Shown piece by piece: positions 62,401-64,000 of a stretch of 64,000 bases of DNA. The position numbers were made by a program, and so were the translations under genes. Position 1 is the first letter of the stretch. Every line of letters starts with the position of its first letter. This DNA is from Perkinsela sp. CCAP 1560/9 (lineage: Eukaryota > Protista > Euglenozoa: Kinetoplastea). Below the pieces are notes generated by a model, which ran no database searches, had not been told where the DNA came from, and saw only the letters and a list, made by a program, of their open reading frames with translations. The stretch covers positions 2,046,001 to 2,110,000 of the forward strand of contig CBFFSA010000001.1 in NCBI GenBank assembly GCA_965644495.1. The letters run 5' to 3'.

Positions 62401-63991
62401 CGACACGCAAGAGATGGAGGAGATGGACGTCCTGTCTCGTATTCTACAAGAGCAAGATTTGGATCTCCGTGACAACAGCTCCGAGGACGAGTCTCAAGGA
62501 GGCGCAATGGAAAGTTCCACCATCGAAAGTGCACTCGACACCGCTACCTTTTCTCACTCAAGCAGCATCGGCTCGGAGAGGTCACATTCCGCTCACCTTG
62601 GTTCCACCACCGAGGCCGCCACCTCGGAACAAAACCGATCCAAATCCGTATCCCCCGAAATCGTATCAACCCTCCCCCCGCAACCCTACCCCCCCGGACC
62701 CGCTCGCGACCCCTCCTGGCCCACCACCGCACCCAACAGCCACGGCTCCACCTCCCACCTCCGTCCCTCCTCCTCATCCTCTGCCGGAAGCAGCCCCGTG
62801 ATCCCCGCGCTTACCCAGCCCCCCTCCCACCGTACCCCCTCCCCTGCGCTCTCCCCCTCCCCGGCCTCCACAGCCTCCTCTCTTCGCCACCTCCTGCTTC
62901 GTCACGTGCGGTACCAAAATGCAGCCACGATACTGAAAGAGATTGCAGAGGAGACCCCCTGGCGGGGAAGCGAATTTCACGCAATCCAACACAATCCACG
63001 AAATCGCACAGAGGAAAAGACGACCATGACGAGACCTCCAACCCGGTCGTGTTCAAATACGGAAGAGACCAATTTGGTTTTGTCTCCTGGATTCGCCCAG
63101 CATCCGTTTACCCCTACCCTTGAGGTTTTACGCTCCCGTAACGCGTTAAAGCCCTACATGGTGTTACTACAAAAAGCGACGGCACGGCAGGACATGTCCT
63201 CCGCGGTGAAGGATCTGATCCCTGCGCTACGAAGGCTACGGACCGCAGCGACGCGTGAGGATTTAACCCCCGCGACCCCACGGAAAGGGCGGGAGCCTCA
63301 CCCGGGGGAGTTGGCCACACAATCTCCACAAAGTGCGTATGATGGAAAGGATTATGGGGGGGGAAGGCTTTCAAGAAGAGATTGCGGTCGTGTGGAGAAC
63401 TCACCACGTTCGCGAAGTACAACACGGGTCCGGTTTCACTCTCCCAGTCCGGTGAAGGGGAGTTGGGTTGCCGCTGAGTTAGCCTCCCGTCGTCCAGTCT
63501 CGAGGATACGGTCAACCAGTTTAATGCGCGGACCGGGGTCAAATGATGTCATACGGCAAGCCTGTGCGGTGCAACATGTAGACACAACGCTACGGGAACT
63601 CTCCCCAAGTGGGAAAATGGTTTCTTCGGTAGCTCGGGAGGTAGACTCGAAGGGGTTGTCTCATCCGTATTCTGTTCTGGCACAGTCGGGACGACACAGG
63701 TCTGTGTCCAGTCCCCCACGCGTGCGACATCGTAGCGCACAGGAGATGAGAGAAGCACAGGACCAACTAGAAGGGGAGGAGGTGGCAATGAATGCACCAC
63801 TGACACAACCCAGTCCTAGCCGATTGCCCCGGATGGTCCCGAAGGAGCCTCATGAGTTGTTAGGTCCTACAGCGTTTCCCGCGCGTCCTCCGGTGCTGCA
63901 GGGAAGTGGGCCGAAATCGGTGTTACCGGGTGGCACACGTGAGACGTTTCCGAATCCCGTGCGCCAGATGCGGTTTAGTGACGTATTGTAG
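59414..63991 (+). CDS. large hypothetical protein (helical N-terminus, disordered Ser/Pro/Arg-rich C-terminus)
   Basis: ORF of more than 1500 aa; likely start MAASP at 59414 (ORF open from 59357). Confidence 0.75.
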   Translation: MAASPNEVEELSHCISNWKERYLTQLREFASGAALSSLVETDYEESLPQHIRVYWPIIPFEKNPVVQSAVELCLRTTPRVQQVSFGVAFASGTLLTEISSPKAMQFVSEDAAGSLFSSLAGITKARQRIFRSQVWSAVLLRVMAEQSSAADEFLGTIFQNTLLGLPFKINESSPSSGNRANSMDEFLTSNLTISDGAADRGEHFLVRLQSNVAFDATLHLLKVMHSTAPKNIRLNLLFSRLEESLVELYNKHSPTGNKIPIVQLKRLLTVKTHLLPSLRLPTLQRVVEEDLQKSLRKLRRLHPQESRHAHRTPHFYESELQSCVLALGQHTLDHDSILLLSPLFLKHRVKAHIARSFLQGALFEAIHARASRMTTTEAKWLGSMLLYHACQGGSSLRETAYVCLRDLACLISSRDSTLEDGAALDTSTSSHLFHFLGPRLFKTPEGVALLTRALADGSVDGRMLSSVTQALTAKEWRALIWDAIYEGKGRSLHFLQKFYRSTACPQDVIPLLESEDGDFVSNWVNEIKERLFDEDVELSRGVESAHSILLGCVHSVSFASAALGTLFTVQNSDLMKTYLSNLSDFMLNGIRQCRSAGIVQIFLDLVFASIFRTTLQKQITWTRFLTNIIINSECATEQCVAAIGTLMSEQALSSEVCSSLDVYQCVLQLLSTPSVGPHVQLFHALRGSTQDADMRPLLGLAFTYCVPRMGMDYLSVYADKIFEGLSLPTITRVSKAQDTLNSLGSYGMDPNAMGTFFVWFEKHLAKINERESTASNAWIVSIRDASNAWAQCCIAASIYRPNLRTSLVQLMRRELTEAHSHIDQKPDAYACMAYVTCQIFIQLFLFVRRSQPARLDLPLQEDIQEILYILHNHQGSLEQLPTPHSARSALLSRGTLSILESLIDTDDTVDVADSVSSASIIATEILANVERGTHSDYWMVEHYGSMAERIKSKQYSIETEKETDASLSGEKRSLSTNAQELFQFDPRATRVFPSPRDTQEMEEMDVLSRILQEQDLDLRDNSSEDESQGGAMESSTIESALDTATFSHSSSIGSERSHSAHLGSTTEAATSEQNRSKSVSPEIVSTLPPQPYPPGPARDPSWPTTAPNSHGSTSHLRPSSSSSAGSSPVIPALTQPPSHRTPSPALSPSPASTASSLRHLLLRHVRYQNAATILKEIAEETPWRGSEFHAIQHNPRNRTEEKTTMTRPPTRSCSNTEETNLVLSPGFAQHPFTPTLEVLRSRNALKPYMVLLQKATARQDMSSAVKDLIPALRRLRTAATREDLTPATPRKGREPHPGELATQSPQSAYDGKDYGGGRLSRRDCGRVENSPRSRSTTRVRFHSPSPVKGSWVAAELASRRPVSRIRSTSLMRGPGSNDVIRQACAVQHVDTTLRELSPSGKMVSSVAREVDSKGLSHPYSVLAQSGRHRSVSSPPRVRHRSAQEMREAQDQLEGEEVAMNAPLTQPSPSRLPRMVPKEPHELLGPTAFPARPPVLQGSGPKSVLPGGTRETFPNPVRQMRFSDVL

Positions 63992-64000
63992 TAGAGTGTA

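Overview
Eukaryotic, intron-free, gene-dense window whose credible genes all lie on the + strand, as in a kinetoplastid polycistronic unit. The CRK3-type PQTALRE cyclin-dependent kinase, a spliced-leader (SL) sequence and a VIPER-like RT relic support a kinetoplastid. The compact genes and expanded LRR family suggest a Perkinsela-like prokinetoplastid (inference). Housekeeping genes include RPL32, SUB2/UAP56, MGMT, CRK3, NSF, ECO1, a SpoU methyltransferase, GET3, SUS1/ENY2, NFS1, RRP12, ACBP, CysRS and peptide deformylase. They are interspersed with four LRR genes, a duplicated GPI-anchored EP-rich protein and many transposon remnants, including an ~8.7 kb repeat island at 13.3-21.9 kb. Best candidate for a new system: an intact ~5.0 kb RT+RLE non-LTR retrotransposon with HERO-like motifs (~27390-32404) that splits an LRR gene. 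It encodes five Mer3/HFM1-like CxHxCxxKxxCxHxCCK modules and begins with a DNA copy of the kinetoplastid SL exon (nt ~11-39), suggesting its 5' end is made by SL trans-splicing. Second highlight: recurrent ~1 kb domains with an abrupt C-rich to G-rich switch that override codon usage (candidate replication origins or G4 sites). All family assignments come from motif recognition, not database searches.
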